A stretch of 64,000 bases of DNA from Octopus vulgaris (taxonomy: Eukaryota), in NCBI GenBank assembly GCA_951406725.2, contig OX597816.1:85932001-85996000 (forward strand). The letters run 5' to 3'. Position 1 is the stretch's first letter. The number at the start of each line of letters is the position of its first letter. The position numbers and the translations under genes are program-made. The notes below the pieces were generated by a model. The model was not told where the DNA came from and made no database searches. It saw only the letters and a list, made by a program, of their open reading frames with translations. Of this stretch, positions 13,611 through 27,445 are shown piece after piece.

Positions 13611-14006
13611 AAGGCGGCGAGCTGGCAGAAACATTAGCACCCCGGGCGAAATGCGTAGCCGTATTTCGTCTGCCATTCTGAGTTCAAATTCCGCCGAGGT
13701 CGACTTTGCCTTTCATTCTTTCGGGGTCGATAAATTAAGTACCAGTTACGCACTGGGGTCTATGTAATCGACTTAATCCGTTTGTCTGTCCTTCTCTGTC
13801 CCCTCTGTGGTTTGTAAAAAAATAGGTATTTCGTCTGTCTTTACGTTCTTAGTTAAAATTCCACCGAGGTCGAATTTGTCTTTCATCCTTTTAGGCGTCG
13901 ATAAATTACGTACCAGTTACGTACTGGTTTCGAGTTAATCTACTATTATTGGGCCTTGTGCCTAGTTAATCTACTATTATTGGGCCTTGTGCCTAGAGTA
14001 GAAAAG
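13611..14006 (+). mobile_element. Dimeric SINE family A bounded by a single TSD
   Basis: A complete monomer (13611-~13820) is followed by a 5'-truncated second monomer (GTATTTCGTCTG... from ~13826). TSD AATA(T/A)TTTTGTAATCGT at 13594-13610 and 14007-14023. Confidence 0.88.
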
Positions 14007-15371
14007 AATAATTTTGTAATCGTTTATTTTAAGCTTGGGATGACTTTAGTGAGAATTTCATTTTTAATTCTCTAAAATATAATATTTGCTCTACTTTTAT
14101 GAAGTAGAAAGCAAGAGAAATAGTGCATCAAAGAAAATGTCCCTCGTATTTAGCTCCTTCTTGTAATGTTCTAATTTCAAATCTCACTGTAGTTTTTTTT
14201 TTTAATCGCATAATACTTTACAGACAATAATCATAAAACCAGATATTTGCCGACGCCTGGGGTTCGATAAGCAATTTATTGATATTATGCAAATGGTGAA
14301 TTTTATAAATGCGCTGGGAAAAAAACTGTGATTTTCGAGTATTCGTATTTGTCTCTTAATGTAAAATGCAGAGAGTGTACGTGTGTGTGATAACCAGACA
14401 GAAAGATGGAGAGGGAGAAAGAGTAGGTAAGAGAAAGAGAAATTGAGAATGAGAAAAACAAGAGCTTTAGAATATTATTTAGTTTCATGCCAAGTTGAAG
14501 CTTTATGACTGCAACAAAATTACGTAACGGCCAAGAAGTGAATACTGCACATATTTTCAAATATCATATATAGGAAATAGGAAATCAACTGCAGTTTACA
14601 TATGCTAGCAGTGTCATATCACCAGACGTTTCTGATATTTCTGACTGAAAAAGAACTTATTTTGTAGGTAATACGATATAACTAATACATAATGCAAGGG
14701 AACATGAAAATATGACCGAAAATGTTGTCCATCGATTCAGACATCCAAATGTGCACACACTCACACATAGGTCCACTCAGGCATGTACACTAATATATGT
14801 TTATATGTATGCATAGATATATACATACGTGTACGTGCACATGCACCTGCGTGTGAGCAAAATTGTGAAATTGAAACGGCAAATATATATGTGCATATAT
14901 ATGTATATATACGGAACTATTTGTGTGTATGTATATGTATAAATATATATATATATATGCATATACATATATATATATGTGTGTGTGTGTGTACGCATAT
15001 GTATGTGTGTGTGTGTGGATGTATGTCTATACATATGTAAGATCCTAGGATCGATGTGTAGGAAAAAGTTTAGCTTTAGGCAAACCGTAAACAATATAAA
15101 GAAAAACTTTCAGAAACAATATACTATTTATCTATATCCGTATATATGTTTCATCTCAGAAGTAAATACACACCATTATTTTTTGAAAGAAATATTTCAC
15201 CGTCTTTGAATGCATTCGGGTGTTTACCTTTGACTTTACTGGACATGGCTCTTGTAGTTCTTAACGATTTATTGCGTTTGGGCATCTTTGACTAGAATCC
15301 ACCAAAGTAAGAAGGAGTCTAAATGTAGGGTCTTCTTTACCGTTCAGCTCCTTTTGCTTACGTACATATAT

Positions 15372-15546
15372 ACTTTTATTCTTTAATTTGTTTGTCATTT
15401 GACTGCGGCCATGCTGAAGCACCGCCTTTTGTCGAACAAATCGACCCTAGGACTTATTCTTTGTAAATCTAATACTTATATCGGTTTCTTTTCCCCAAAG
15501 GCTAAGTTACAGGGGCGTAACCACACCAACATGGGTTGTCAACCGA
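15372..15546 (-). mobile_element. CORE-type SINE family C, 3' portion
   Basis: GTCATTTGACTGCGGCCATGCTGAAGCACCGCC...AAATCGACCCTAGGACTTATTCTTTGTAA is the reverse complement of the 27660-27795 segment. Confidence 0.8.
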
Positions 15547-16305
15547 TTTTAAACGTGGATACATGAGAGAGCTGGGTGTTCCGTAATTTAAAAAATATTT
15601 TCAAAATTTTTAGTTTCAAAGTGAGAATCACTATTTTTGTAATCTTTTTGTCCTGTTTGTTCCGCCATTAAAAGCAACTCCTTTACTGAGACAGCTGGCA
15701 CATACCATTTCGCTCGCAACAGAGGGAGTGCAGGATGACAGTAAGCCAAAACCGTCCCTATGTTGTGTCTCTTCTTTCCTCTCTCTGTTGCTCTTATGAT
15801 GTCCGGTTCCACTTGAAGTTGTATATATTTTGTGTTGAGATTTATTACCAATCAGTTATCCTTATTGAGAAGAAACAGTGAAAAGTAACCACCACATACA
15901 ATCACCAAGCATCTCCACTACTTAGTATCGTCGAAGTTTGTGGTTAATAATCTTAATCTTTAGTTACAATTTCTCGTTCAAGCTACATAATAGGAGGAAT
16001 TGTCGGATTAAGACAGTAGCGTGTTTTGAGGGAGATCTGGCTGCTATTTTTACCAGGTCTAGCTACCATGTAGAGGTTTTCCTCGTTGGCTCATAAATAC
16101 ATATATACATCAAATCGAAATTAAATACTTAAAGCAACAGTCGTCAAATAAAAAAGCTAAGGTTCATGCAGTGTTATGGGCCAAGTAAATTTCTAACTTC
16201 TTGCCTAATGCGAGCCCAGAGCAATCTCTTATCTTTTACGCTATTTCAGTATTGCGTTTCTATTGTAATGTGAGATAATACTTTCAGTTTGAAAGAAGTA
16301 TGTCC

Positions 16306-16379
<74 letters not shown>

Positions 16380-16599
16380 ATTCCTTATGCATTCCAAAAC
16401 CGAGTTACAGGTTTTGACGTATGGGGTATCCAAAGATTCAGTACTACTTCGGCTATAAATTGAATTTAATTTCCATTCACATATTTGCATTTCAAAAATT
16501 TAACATTATAATTTGTACATAAATCAACTATCGTGAACATTTTGTACGATGACTTCACATTTTCTATGTGTGTGTGTACCTTAAAAGACATCAGTCATT

Positions 16600-17628
16600 A
16601 CGACACACACCTTCACTCACTCATTCTATCTCTCTTTTACAGACACGCGCACATTTAATATAGACATTCATACATATTTCCCTTTCTTTTTCTGTCCTTT
16701 TCAATTTCTCCTCTTTTAATTTCTGCTCTCTTCAAATAATTTTTTAGGGAATGAGCTGGAGAAACTCTGAAAAGACGTGATCTCTCCAGAAACAAGTATA
16801 AAACAAGCAGGATTGTAGAAAACCGAAGGCAAAGGTCTGAAGCGAGACAAGATTTTCTCAAGATCAGCAAATACATGTGGCAGGACTTAATGCTGGATCA
16901 TTAAATCAACGTTTTAACGACTAGACAGAGATCCATCCCATTCTTATAAAAATGATAACTCTGTCCAAATTGGTGTGCTAAACAGTGATTGTCGTTTCTG
17001 TAGAGCTTTAAAATTTTCAAATGAAACAAATGGTATGTGCAGCTCAGGCGGTCAGGTAACGTTGCCAGCACTACCAGCTCCTTCTCTTATGGATTTTCTA
17101 GAAGGATCTTCCATCCAGTCAAAGGATATTCTGAACAATATCAGACAATACAACTCTGCATTTCAAATGACATCGTTTGGTGCATCTAAGAAGGTAGATA
17201 AACATGAATTTATGGCGACGTCAAGTTCAAGGGCAAGTCCATCACCTCAATGGTTTCCTGTTACCCAGAAAGAAACAACCACAGTTCCTCCAAATTTACT
17301 TTGAGTGATGTAGGACAAAAACCTGAAGGAGGCGTTAAAGCTTCAGATGATGGGTCTTTTTAGACACAACGCTGATTGCTGCGAAAGAGAGTATATCCAC
17401 TGAACGTTTTTCAGTGCATTCAAAAATCACACAAGCCCCACATCCGATATTCCATGACAGGTTAGGGTCTGAAATACTCCAGACGAACGCATAGCATGCT
17501 GCTTAGTCGAATTAGCCCAGCATTTACTCCACAAATGTTTTATTGCCAATGCTGCACTTTCCCATATCACCTGTTTCAACACAACTGTAATATATTTTAA
17601 TCCCGAGCAACACCAGTTATCTCTGTTA

Positions 17629-17629
<1 letters not shown>
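16600..17629 (+). mobile_element. Internally deleted Helitron (N-terminal RepHel fragment plus 3' terminus)
   Basis: CRFCRALKFSNETNGMCSSGGQVTLP...NIRQYNSAFQMTSFGA, then frameshifted KVQGQVHHLNGFLLP and QFLQIYF, typical of the region upstream of the Helitron Rep domain. The 3' end CCCGAGCAACACCAGTTATCTCTGTTAG|T is a decayed hairpin plus CTAG. The 5' boundary is uncertain and may reach ~16382. Confidence 0.8.
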
Positions 17630-17697
<68 letters not shown>

Positions 17698-17753
17698 TAG
17701 TTAGCAGTTAATTAAGCATTTGGTATACACTATCTTCTGTATCCCTCACTAAT

Positions 17754-17785
<32 letters not shown>

Positions 17786-17807
17786 TGTATGTATGTATGT
17801 ATGTATG

Positions 17808-17877
<70 letters not shown>

Positions 17878-17906
<29 letters not shown>

Positions 17907-20375
17907 ATTTGGCTCATAAGCAAATAGCAAGGTCATGTAGGGGGACATGGAGTTAAGTACAGGGTGGTGTTCATGTAAAGAGTTCAGGCCACTTGAGGTC
18001 CAGGGAGGCTTTGAACAAAGCGGTCGTCGGCATCTTCACCATCTCGTCTGGCAGCTTGTTCCACGGATCCGCAACCCGGACGGAGAAAGCTCCTCTCCTT
18101 CGATTGAGATGAAATCGTCGCAGGTAGAGCTTTTCGGAATGACCCCGCAGCCGACGCTCCGGAGCAGCAGTGAAGAACAGCTCTTTCGAGAGGTTACACT
18201 TCCCGCTTATGATGTTGTGGGCGAGAATGAGATCACCACGGCGGCGGCGTTTTTCAAGAGAACAAAGGTCGAGCGTCCTCAGCCTTTCTTCGTAGGACAC
18301 ATTTTTGAGACAATGAACCATGCGGGTAGCCAGCCTCTGGACTCTTTCGAGGTGCTGTATGTCTTTGAGGACATAAGGAGAAGAGGCTTGCATCCCATAC
18401 TCCAATATGGGTCTCACCAGCGTGACATAGAGTGGCAGGAATATGGCTGCTGTGAGCATTCCGAATGACCGTCGAATCAAAAACAGAATTCCGCGCGCTT
18501 TGTTGGCAGCATGGACGCACTGGGCCGAAGGCGAAAAGGTGGAATCCACCAAGATACCCAGGTCCTTTACCTGATCGGTCCTCTCCAGCAGCAGACGACC
18601 CGGCTCGAAATCAAGTTGAGTTGCAGGAGTAGAGCCGACAGGCAGATGACAGCACTTTGACACGTTCAGACACAGGTTCCAATCGTTAGACCACTTCCAA
18701 ATTTGGTGGAGGCATCGACGAAGATCCTCTATACTACCGCGAGGTAGCGACCAGTTTGATATCGTCGGCAAATAGAAGGGTGTGTTGCGTGAGGTCGTCG
18801 GGCAAGTCATTTATGAAGACTAAGAACAACAAGGGCCCAAGCACTGAACCTTGAGGTACGCCACTGCTCGCACTGGAGACGTCGGACCGCGAACCATTAA
18901 CTTGAACTTGGAAGGAGCGATCTGAGAGGAAGGCACCAACCCATCGTACAATATCCGGATGGAAACTATATGCTTGAAGCTTGACAAGTAGTAGGCGGTG
19001 GTTTACCGACTCAAAAGCTTTGGCAAAGTCCAATAAAACGATGTCAACAGCATCACTATCATCGAGGATGCGCGTCACCAATTCTTCCATTACTAGTAAG
19101 TTGGTCAAGCATGATCTCTTCGGCACGAAGCCGTGTTGGGAATCAGTGATCGAGGCTGTGTTTAGGAGGTGGAGCATCATACTTTTCTTAAGGATGGTTT
19201 CGAACATCTTGCTGATTATTGATGTAAGGGAAACCGGTCGGTAGTTAAGCGGGTCTTCGCGGCTCCCTTTCTTGAAAATTGGGCAGATTATCGCTGTTCT
19301 CCAGTCTGCAGGTATAACACCCGTCGCCAATGACATATTGAATAGTCGTGTTAAGGGCTCGCAGATGACCGGAGCCAACGCTTTGATAACCCGTGGGTGT
19401 ATGCCGTCAGGGCCGTGACCCTTGTTGACATCGAGGCCTTGAATAACACGCTTGACTTGGTCCCGCGTGATGATCAATCGAAGCATTGGAGGTACCGATC
19501 TATCAAATGGAGGGGGTTCACGACCATCATCTTGTTTGAAAATAGTTGAAAAAGCCTCGGCAAATAATTGACTCTGTTGATAAGGGTCCTCAATCGATAC
19601 GCCTGTTGAGTCTACCAACGTTGCAATCTGGTTGTTCAAGCGGGAATTCCGCTGGACATGGGCAAAGAAGGTTTTTGGATTGCTACTGGCATTTGCCGCG
19701 ATTTTGTATTCATAACTGAAGCGTTCTTTCTTTTCAATTTTCACGGCTCGGTCTCGTTGAGTTTTGTACACCTCAAAAGCTGCAGTCGAATCCAGATTTT
19801 TGAATTCAGCCCAAGCAATATCTCTGAGTCGACGTTCTCGTTTAACCTTCTTCGTCACCCAGGGCTTGTGTTTCTTCCTCTTGGGAAGTCCAACGGGATC
19901 TGCCTGGTCAGTCAAACAGATTACATATGCTTTAAGGGATGACCATAGTTCGTCAACTGAGGACAACGTCATCAGGGAACGCCAGTCCAGAAGCGCGGAA
20001 GCCTCGGTTAGAATTTCAAGATTAATTGCAGAGAAGACTCTACGTAGCAGCGAAGTAATCGTGGGCGTGGAAAAAGTTGTGTGCATGACGAACTTCAGGA
20101 CCGCATGATCACTCTTGGCAAGAGGGGCGCACACAGATACGTCTGACACTGATCTTGGATAGCGGGAGAATACCAGATCTAGCATAGATGGCTGCTGCCC
20201 AGACCGATGCCTTGCCGGATATTCAACATGTTGCGATAGAAAACAATCTTCAGCCACGTCAAGAAGGGCCTGGCCGAACCGGGAAGATGTTGTACAAATT
20301 GATGCGGGCCAATCGATCGTGGGAGCGTTGAAGTCGCCTAGTACCAAGCAGTCATGCGAAGCTGAAACGAATCTG
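17878..20375 (-). mobile_element. Young CR1-clade LINE, 5'-truncated (partial APE endonuclease + RT + C-terminus), (CTAA)n tail
   Basis: LVLGDFN, LDLVFS and SDH (APE). NYRPVSLTS, QHGF, LDFAKAF, GVPQGSVLGPLLF and FADD (RT). RLRGH...FSVRV..WNKLP (CR1 C-terminus). The (TTAG)n at 17878-17905 is the tail. The 5' end abuts (GATA)n. Confidence 0.95.
17971..20375 (-). pseudogene. CR1 ORF2 (endonuclease/reverse transcriptase), split by a single 1-bp insertion near 18745
   Basis: ORFs 18734..20491 and 17971..18810 join as ADDIKLVA-PRGSIEDL if one base is removed. The N-terminal ~38 aa of the long ORF are microsatellite and flank. Confidence 0.9.
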
Positions 20376-20384
20376 TATAAACAC

Positions 20385-20420
<36 letters not shown>

Positions 20421-21192
20421 GGATAGATAGATAGATAGATAGATTGATTTGTGTGTAAATAACTGTGCATTTGAGTGCCAGTGTATCGCAAATTAAGTTT
20501 CTACTTGTGTTTACAGCGAAGACGTTTTCAGCTTGACGAATGTGAAGGCAGGTTGCGTTGCAATATTTTAATTTGCCAAAAATGAAGACAAATGTTGATC
20601 GTAAGCTGACTCACCATATTGAATTTAGATATACGTGTTAATAGTTAACGTTACTCAGACGGTTGAAAGGCTAGCCATTTTAAGACATCGCATCACTTCA
20701 CGAATGTTTCATTTTATCAATTTTTCTTACTCACAATCATATACAAAGACACACTGCAATTTATGTGTGAAAAGAAGCCTGTGTATGTGTGTTTATGTAT
20801 GTATGTGTGTGTGTGTAACACATTCCTTTACTGTTGGTCACATGCTCTTACAAAGTTATAGAAATGACTAACGCAGTAAGTATGGCGTGAAAAAGAAAAT
20901 GAAAACGAACATCGTGAACAATAAGGGATTGGGGTGAAGTCCATTTAAATTTATCGATACACGTTCCAATAGAAAGGCGTTGTGTGCAACAGTGAGTGGA
21001 AGATGGGCAGAGAAATATTGTGGGAGAAAGACGTGAAGTATATTGACAAGGAAACGTATATAGTCATTCACAAAATATTTCATAATTATTGGTGACAAAT
21101 TTAAGTACACAAACAGGCACGTAAATATATACATATAGGCATATGTATAAACACATATATGCATATATGTATGAATATAAATATATATATAT

Positions 21193-21467
21193 TGGTGCTG
21201 ACATGGCTATATGGTAAGAAGATTGCTCCCCAGATACATGGTTCCGGGTTCATTCATACTGCGTGGCACCTTGGACAAGTACCTTCTACTATATCTTTTG
21301 GGTGACCAAAGCCTTGTGAGTGGATTTGTTAGGCGGAAACTGAAAGAATAGAAGTACTAGGCTAAAAAAAATGTCCTGGAGTAAATTTCTTTTGAACTAA
21401 AACCCTTAAAGACGTGCCCCAGCATAGCCACAGTCAAATGACAGCAGCAAGTAAATGAATTAAAAAA
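21193..21467 (+). mobile_element. CORE-type SINE family C, internally deleted
   Basis: TGGCTATATGGTAAGAAG..GGTTCCGGGTTCA..GTGGCACCTTGGACAAGT (CORE-like)..GCCTTGTGAGTGGATTTG, and a CCCCAGCATAGCCACAGTCAAATGAC tail. Confidence 0.8.
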
Positions 21468-22074
21468 TGTATTTGTATAAGTATGCAGTAGTGGGGAAAA
21501 TTAGAGGACGAAAATAAAATTTTAAGATATACACATTTCTTCAGTTTTCCGAATGAAATTTTTATTGTGTATACTTAAAATGTGTTCATTATTTACAATA
21601 AATATTGTAGGAAGTGATTAATAACTAATTGATTTGTAATAGAGAAAATGCTTATTTGAAAAATACAAGACGACCAAAATTAAAGAAAGTATGAGTTAAA
21701 ATTTAGAAAGTAGAATCTAGCAACACTCTAACCGATGTAAACTAAGTTCACCTAATAGTGTAATGATTTATATTGAACAGTACCGAATTAATTATCATAT
21801 AAAATCGACGGAAAAATTGCTGAAAGTCTTAGGAAGTGAGTGGTCACAGTGAAAACATTTCTGCTGTTGCCAGAGTCATTACCTGATCAAAAGGGGAAAT
21901 GATTTATGTGGCAGGTATTGGACCAATGATTAGATTCATGGTAATGTGAATGCAGCTATATAAAAAATATTATTCTGCAGCATGTGGCGCCAGCTATGGG
22001 GTCACATCCAACTCATCAGCTAATCTTTGTGCAGGATAATGTTCATATTTTCATTTCTCATTTACTTATTTATA

Positions 22075-22345
22075 TAAAGGGTAAAGGCCCCATTTGATCA
22101 CAAATGACCATGGGATTGCACCTAGAAAGTTTTCCCTCTGAGGCACAAATCTAGGCAATGTTGATTTTGGAAGACCAGCAGTCGCCCATGCATAGCGGTC
22201 TTCCCTCTTCACGCCACTGGTTGCTACAGCTGATTGAAATGCAGCAACGTGAAATAAAGTTCTTGCTCAAAAGCACAACACATTGACTGGTTCGGGAATT
22301 GAAATCACATCCTCACGCTTATAAACCTGATTCTCTAACCCCTTC
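22075..22345 (-). mobile_element. Decayed tRNA-derived SINE (family B-like head, different tail)
   Basis: Minus-strand GGTTAGAG..TTTCAATTCCCGAACCAG..TGTGTTGTGCTTTTGAGCAAGAACTTTATTTCACGTTGC. Similar to 45140-45340. Confidence 0.6.
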
Positions 22346-22976
22346 ACACGCACACACACACGTGTGTGAGTGTATATGAACATCCATATACATACATACA
22401 GAGATGCGAGTGAAGAGAAGGTGGAGATTAATACAATGTTCATGGGTATCCGCTGTTTCTCTTTATTTGCATTTATATTCTGTTTTTTTTGTTTTTTTTT
22501 ACTTAAAATCGATTGTTTTCCTGCGTTTAAATCGAACTCTTTCACATAAGATTTGGACAAAGCATATATATATTTCCGTTATAATTGTGTGTGATCTTAT
22601 TGTATTATTACAGAAACAAATTGGGGGTGAATTCGGAAAACGTTGGGTTGTGAGGTTAATATGCTTTACGATAATTGTTTCAGTTTTTTTTATTTTCCGA
22701 ATTCCCACTGAGGCCTATTAAATAGGCACCAGTCGAATATTGGTATCATTCTAATCGACCAACATACCTTTTCTCAGATTTATTCGGCTTGTGCCTAAAC
22801 GAGAAAAAAGTACTGCTGTAAAAGTATTACCGTGAGTGTTATTTTTCATTTTCCGTGTATGTACTTCCCCGATTCATGCATGCTTTGGGAAACAAACTGA
22901 GCGGGATATCTGAGTAATTGATATTTGGGTTTTCCCACGTAACTACTGCATTTACACCACGTATTAAAAAATATCT

Positions 22977-23209
22977 ATTTCTTTACTACCCACAAGGGGC
23001 TAAACACAGAGGGGACAAACAAGGACAGACAAATGGATTAAGTCGATTACATCGGCCCCAGTGTGTAACTGGTACTTAATTTATCGACTCCGAAAGGATG
23101 AAAAGCAAAGTCGACCTCGGCGGAATTTGAACTCAGAACGTAACGGCAGACGAACTACAGCTACGCATTTCGCCCGGCGTGCTAACGTTTCTGCCAGCTC
23201 ACCGACTTT
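22977..23209 (-). mobile_element. SINE family A, full length, with TSD
   Basis: Close match to the family consensus. TSD CACGTATTAAAA(AA)TATC at ~22958-22975 and 23210-23225. Confidence 0.92.
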
Positions 23210-23583
23210 CACGTATTAAAATATCATCGATATACGAGGGACTTTGTAATGACACCGATCTGCTATAACGCGTGCATACTTTCTATTAACGTTTGATTAC
23301 CAGAATAATGGTCTTGTCATTATAATGGGAAGAACATAAAAAGGTTATATGAATAGAAACATCTTCTATTATATCTAAATGTGTTTCGTTTAGTCGTACT
23401 CATATAGCATTTTATAGTTTCCGTAAACCTAAGATATTTGTTCTTTTTTCGTTTTTCATTTATATATTAACTAGCTCCTGGTGAAAAGGTTTACGCGAAA
23501 ACAGTTTAAATTTACGATATATTAAATAATATGATTAAATGAATCTTTGTGACTATAGGTTTCTGTCTCGTTTTCTTTATATG

Positions 23584-23633
<50 letters not shown>

Positions 23634-24321
23634 AACATATACATACATACATGCATACGTACGTACGTATGTATATATGTATGTATAATTATGTATATGC
23701 AGAAATGAATACATGTGTAGCCTTTCGTCACGGCGTAAAGTGCATAGAGGCATGTAACATCTTTAGCAAACAGAACTCATTTCTGTTCACACGGTGACAA
23801 GCTTTCCATAATCTACCACGTTGCCAGAGGCTCCATCACATACATCCCTTTCCCCTTAAAGTCCCGAAGCACAATGCGTATCAGCACGCATACTCATACG
23901 CACACCCACAACGACGTTTCGTTACACTATCTCCCCACTTCCACACGCTTACAGAACCGAAACCTCATTAATTCGTCCATACGTCAGTTATGACTATACA
24001 ATAAATCCTGCAACGCTCCCTGCTTCACATCATACTTTCAATTAAACAGTTCACTATCTGTTAGCGTCAATATCATTGGTATTGCACAATACACACTTGA
24101 ATTAGTAGTGACAATGCTGATGTTTGTGAAGGCTGTGAATAATATTGTTCGTGAAGGCGAGAGGAAAGCAATGTACTCGTTTCGCCTTGCTATTTAAGCA
24201 CAAATGTCTTTAGATCATATTTTCCTATTTTCTCTCTCCATATTTCTATAATGTATCGGTCTTGCTAAATTTCTCTACGCATAGTTTCACAATGAAGCAC
24301 ATATTTTACGGCTATCAGCAA

Positions 24322-25406
<1,085 letters not shown>

Positions 25407-26157
25407 TGTATGCGTGTTTGTGCCGTTGAGCAACCCTTTGTATAAATGTTTAAATTTCATTAGCAACACTTTCATTGAAGTGTGTAGGTGTATCCGATTG
25501 CTTTTTGCAAATGTATTTTCATCCGTATGTTTGTTTATAATGCGTATCCATTGGCGTGCTCCCACACCACGCGCTCGCGTTTATGTGTGTGGCGTAGGCG
25601 CATGTTACATGTGCACGTCCGTGTCAAATATGACAAGCAAACATAAAGCTATGTGTACTTGGGTGGTGGTTTTTAGCCTGTCATACTGTAGACAGTGGTG
25701 CTAGGAGCAATTTTTGTGATGGAATGTGTGAAGTATGTTTTCGGAGTTGGTAGCCAAAGGAATTGGTAGCCGTGACAACCGAATACCAGGCACCATTTGT
25801 GGCGTCCCATTTATGATGTCATCTTCATCATCATCATCATCATTGTCATATTCACTCCCAACCTCATACCAACACCAGCCCCACGGCCTTCACCGCCGCT
25901 AACAATCTTCATTGCTATCATCGACTACAGAATTTTCAGCGGTGTTGGCGTCGTCCTCGCTGGCACACAGCATCGAATTCCTCACGAAGATCATCATTAT
26001 AACCCCCACCAATCTTCCTTCTTCATTGCAGTTTATCATGTCCCTTATGAGCTTTATCTTTGATTTGATCAGTAACAATGATAAGAAAGAAAATAAGAAC
26101 AAGAAAATTAATTGATGTACCAGCCGCAGGGCGGAAGTACAAGCAAAAGCCGCACAG

Positions 26158-26242
26158 TCACCACCACAATAACAACAACAACAACAACAACATCTACTAC
26201 TACTACTACTACTAATAATAATAATAATAATAATACTACTAC

Positions 26243-26285
<43 letters not shown>

Positions 26286-26477
26286 GCTGCTACTGCTGCT
26301 GCTGCAACTACTACTACTATTACTACTACTACTGCAGCTAATACTGCTACTGCTGCTGCAACTACTACTAGTAGTAACTACTACTAGTAGTAACTACTAC
26401 TAGTAGTAACTACTACTGCAGCTAATACTGCTACTGCTGCTTCAACTACTACTACTACCACTACTACTACTACTACC

Positions 26478-26531
<54 letters not shown>

Positions 26532-26540
26532 GGTGGTGGG
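26158..26540. repeat. Compound trinucleotide array (AAC/ACT/AAT/GCT/AGT/GGT)
   Basis: Seen directly. Confidence 0.9.
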
Positions 26541-27169
26541 GTGTTAAATAAGAAGCCACCATATATGATAACATTAAAGGCAACAAATTGCAATGGCGAG
26601 CGGCATTGCAATAATCATCAGAATTCTTGAAATTCCGATGGAATTGTTATCAGAATTCAACAGTCATCAAACATTGGGTTAAAGGTTGGCAACGGTCTTC
26701 AATACAGTATCATCAGTCAGATATCTTCCCACCCCAACACGGTATCCTGATATATGAACAACTATAATAACACACAATAAAATAGGGCGTAAATGAAGAT
26801 GAAGGAGGAATGGGAGAAGAAAGAGGAGGAAAGTGGAGGCAAAATCCAGTATTAAAAGTAACACATGGCGACTAGAGAATGAGAGAAAGATTTATTGGTT
26901 GGATGAGAGAAATAGGAGAGATGAATAGCAAAAGCATGACATTTTTAAAAAGATCAAAATAACAAAAAACTAAACAAGCAGAATTTCATGAATAGAGACT
27001 GACTGAACGGAAAGGAAAGTGAAAGTAGGTAACGGGAAGTGGGAAGAAGAGCTGGAAGGTAAGATATGTGAGTGTTATGAATAGAATGAAGGATGAATCT
27101 ATAGAGAGAAGTTAGAAGAATTGGCTTCAAATTTTGGCACAAGGCCAGCAATATTTGAAGAGGAGTAAC

Positions 27170-27340
27170 TAAGCCGATTACGTCAAATCTAGTACTCTAC
27201 TGATACTTATTTTATCGGCGCCGAAAGGGGTGGATGAAAGGCAAAATCAACTTCGGTGGAATATAAACCCAGCTCCTATAGGCGAACGAAATATCGCAAT
27301 GTATTTTCTCCTGCGCGGCCACGATTCTGCCAACATGCCA
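27170..27340 (-). mobile_element. Decayed SINE family A
   Basis: GATGAAAGGCAAAATCAACTTCGGTGGAAT...CGATTCTGCCAAC matches the family A reverse complement. Confidence 0.7.
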
Positions 27341-27445
27341 GATTAGCCATATTAACTTTTGCAACATAATTTGTGATTTTCTTGATATTTAGAAAGTTGA
27401 TAAACACTGATTTTTGATGGAATTTTATTTACATTATTATTCTCA

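Noticed and set aside
17878-17905. (TTAG)n as an interstitial telomere
   Set aside because: It is not TTAGGG or TTAGG, and it sits exactly at the CR1 3' end, so it is the element's tail.
17947-20108. Plus-strand ORFs (173, 87, 94 and 114 aa) over the CR1
   Set aside because: Antisense shadows of the GC-rich RT frame with no recognisable domains.
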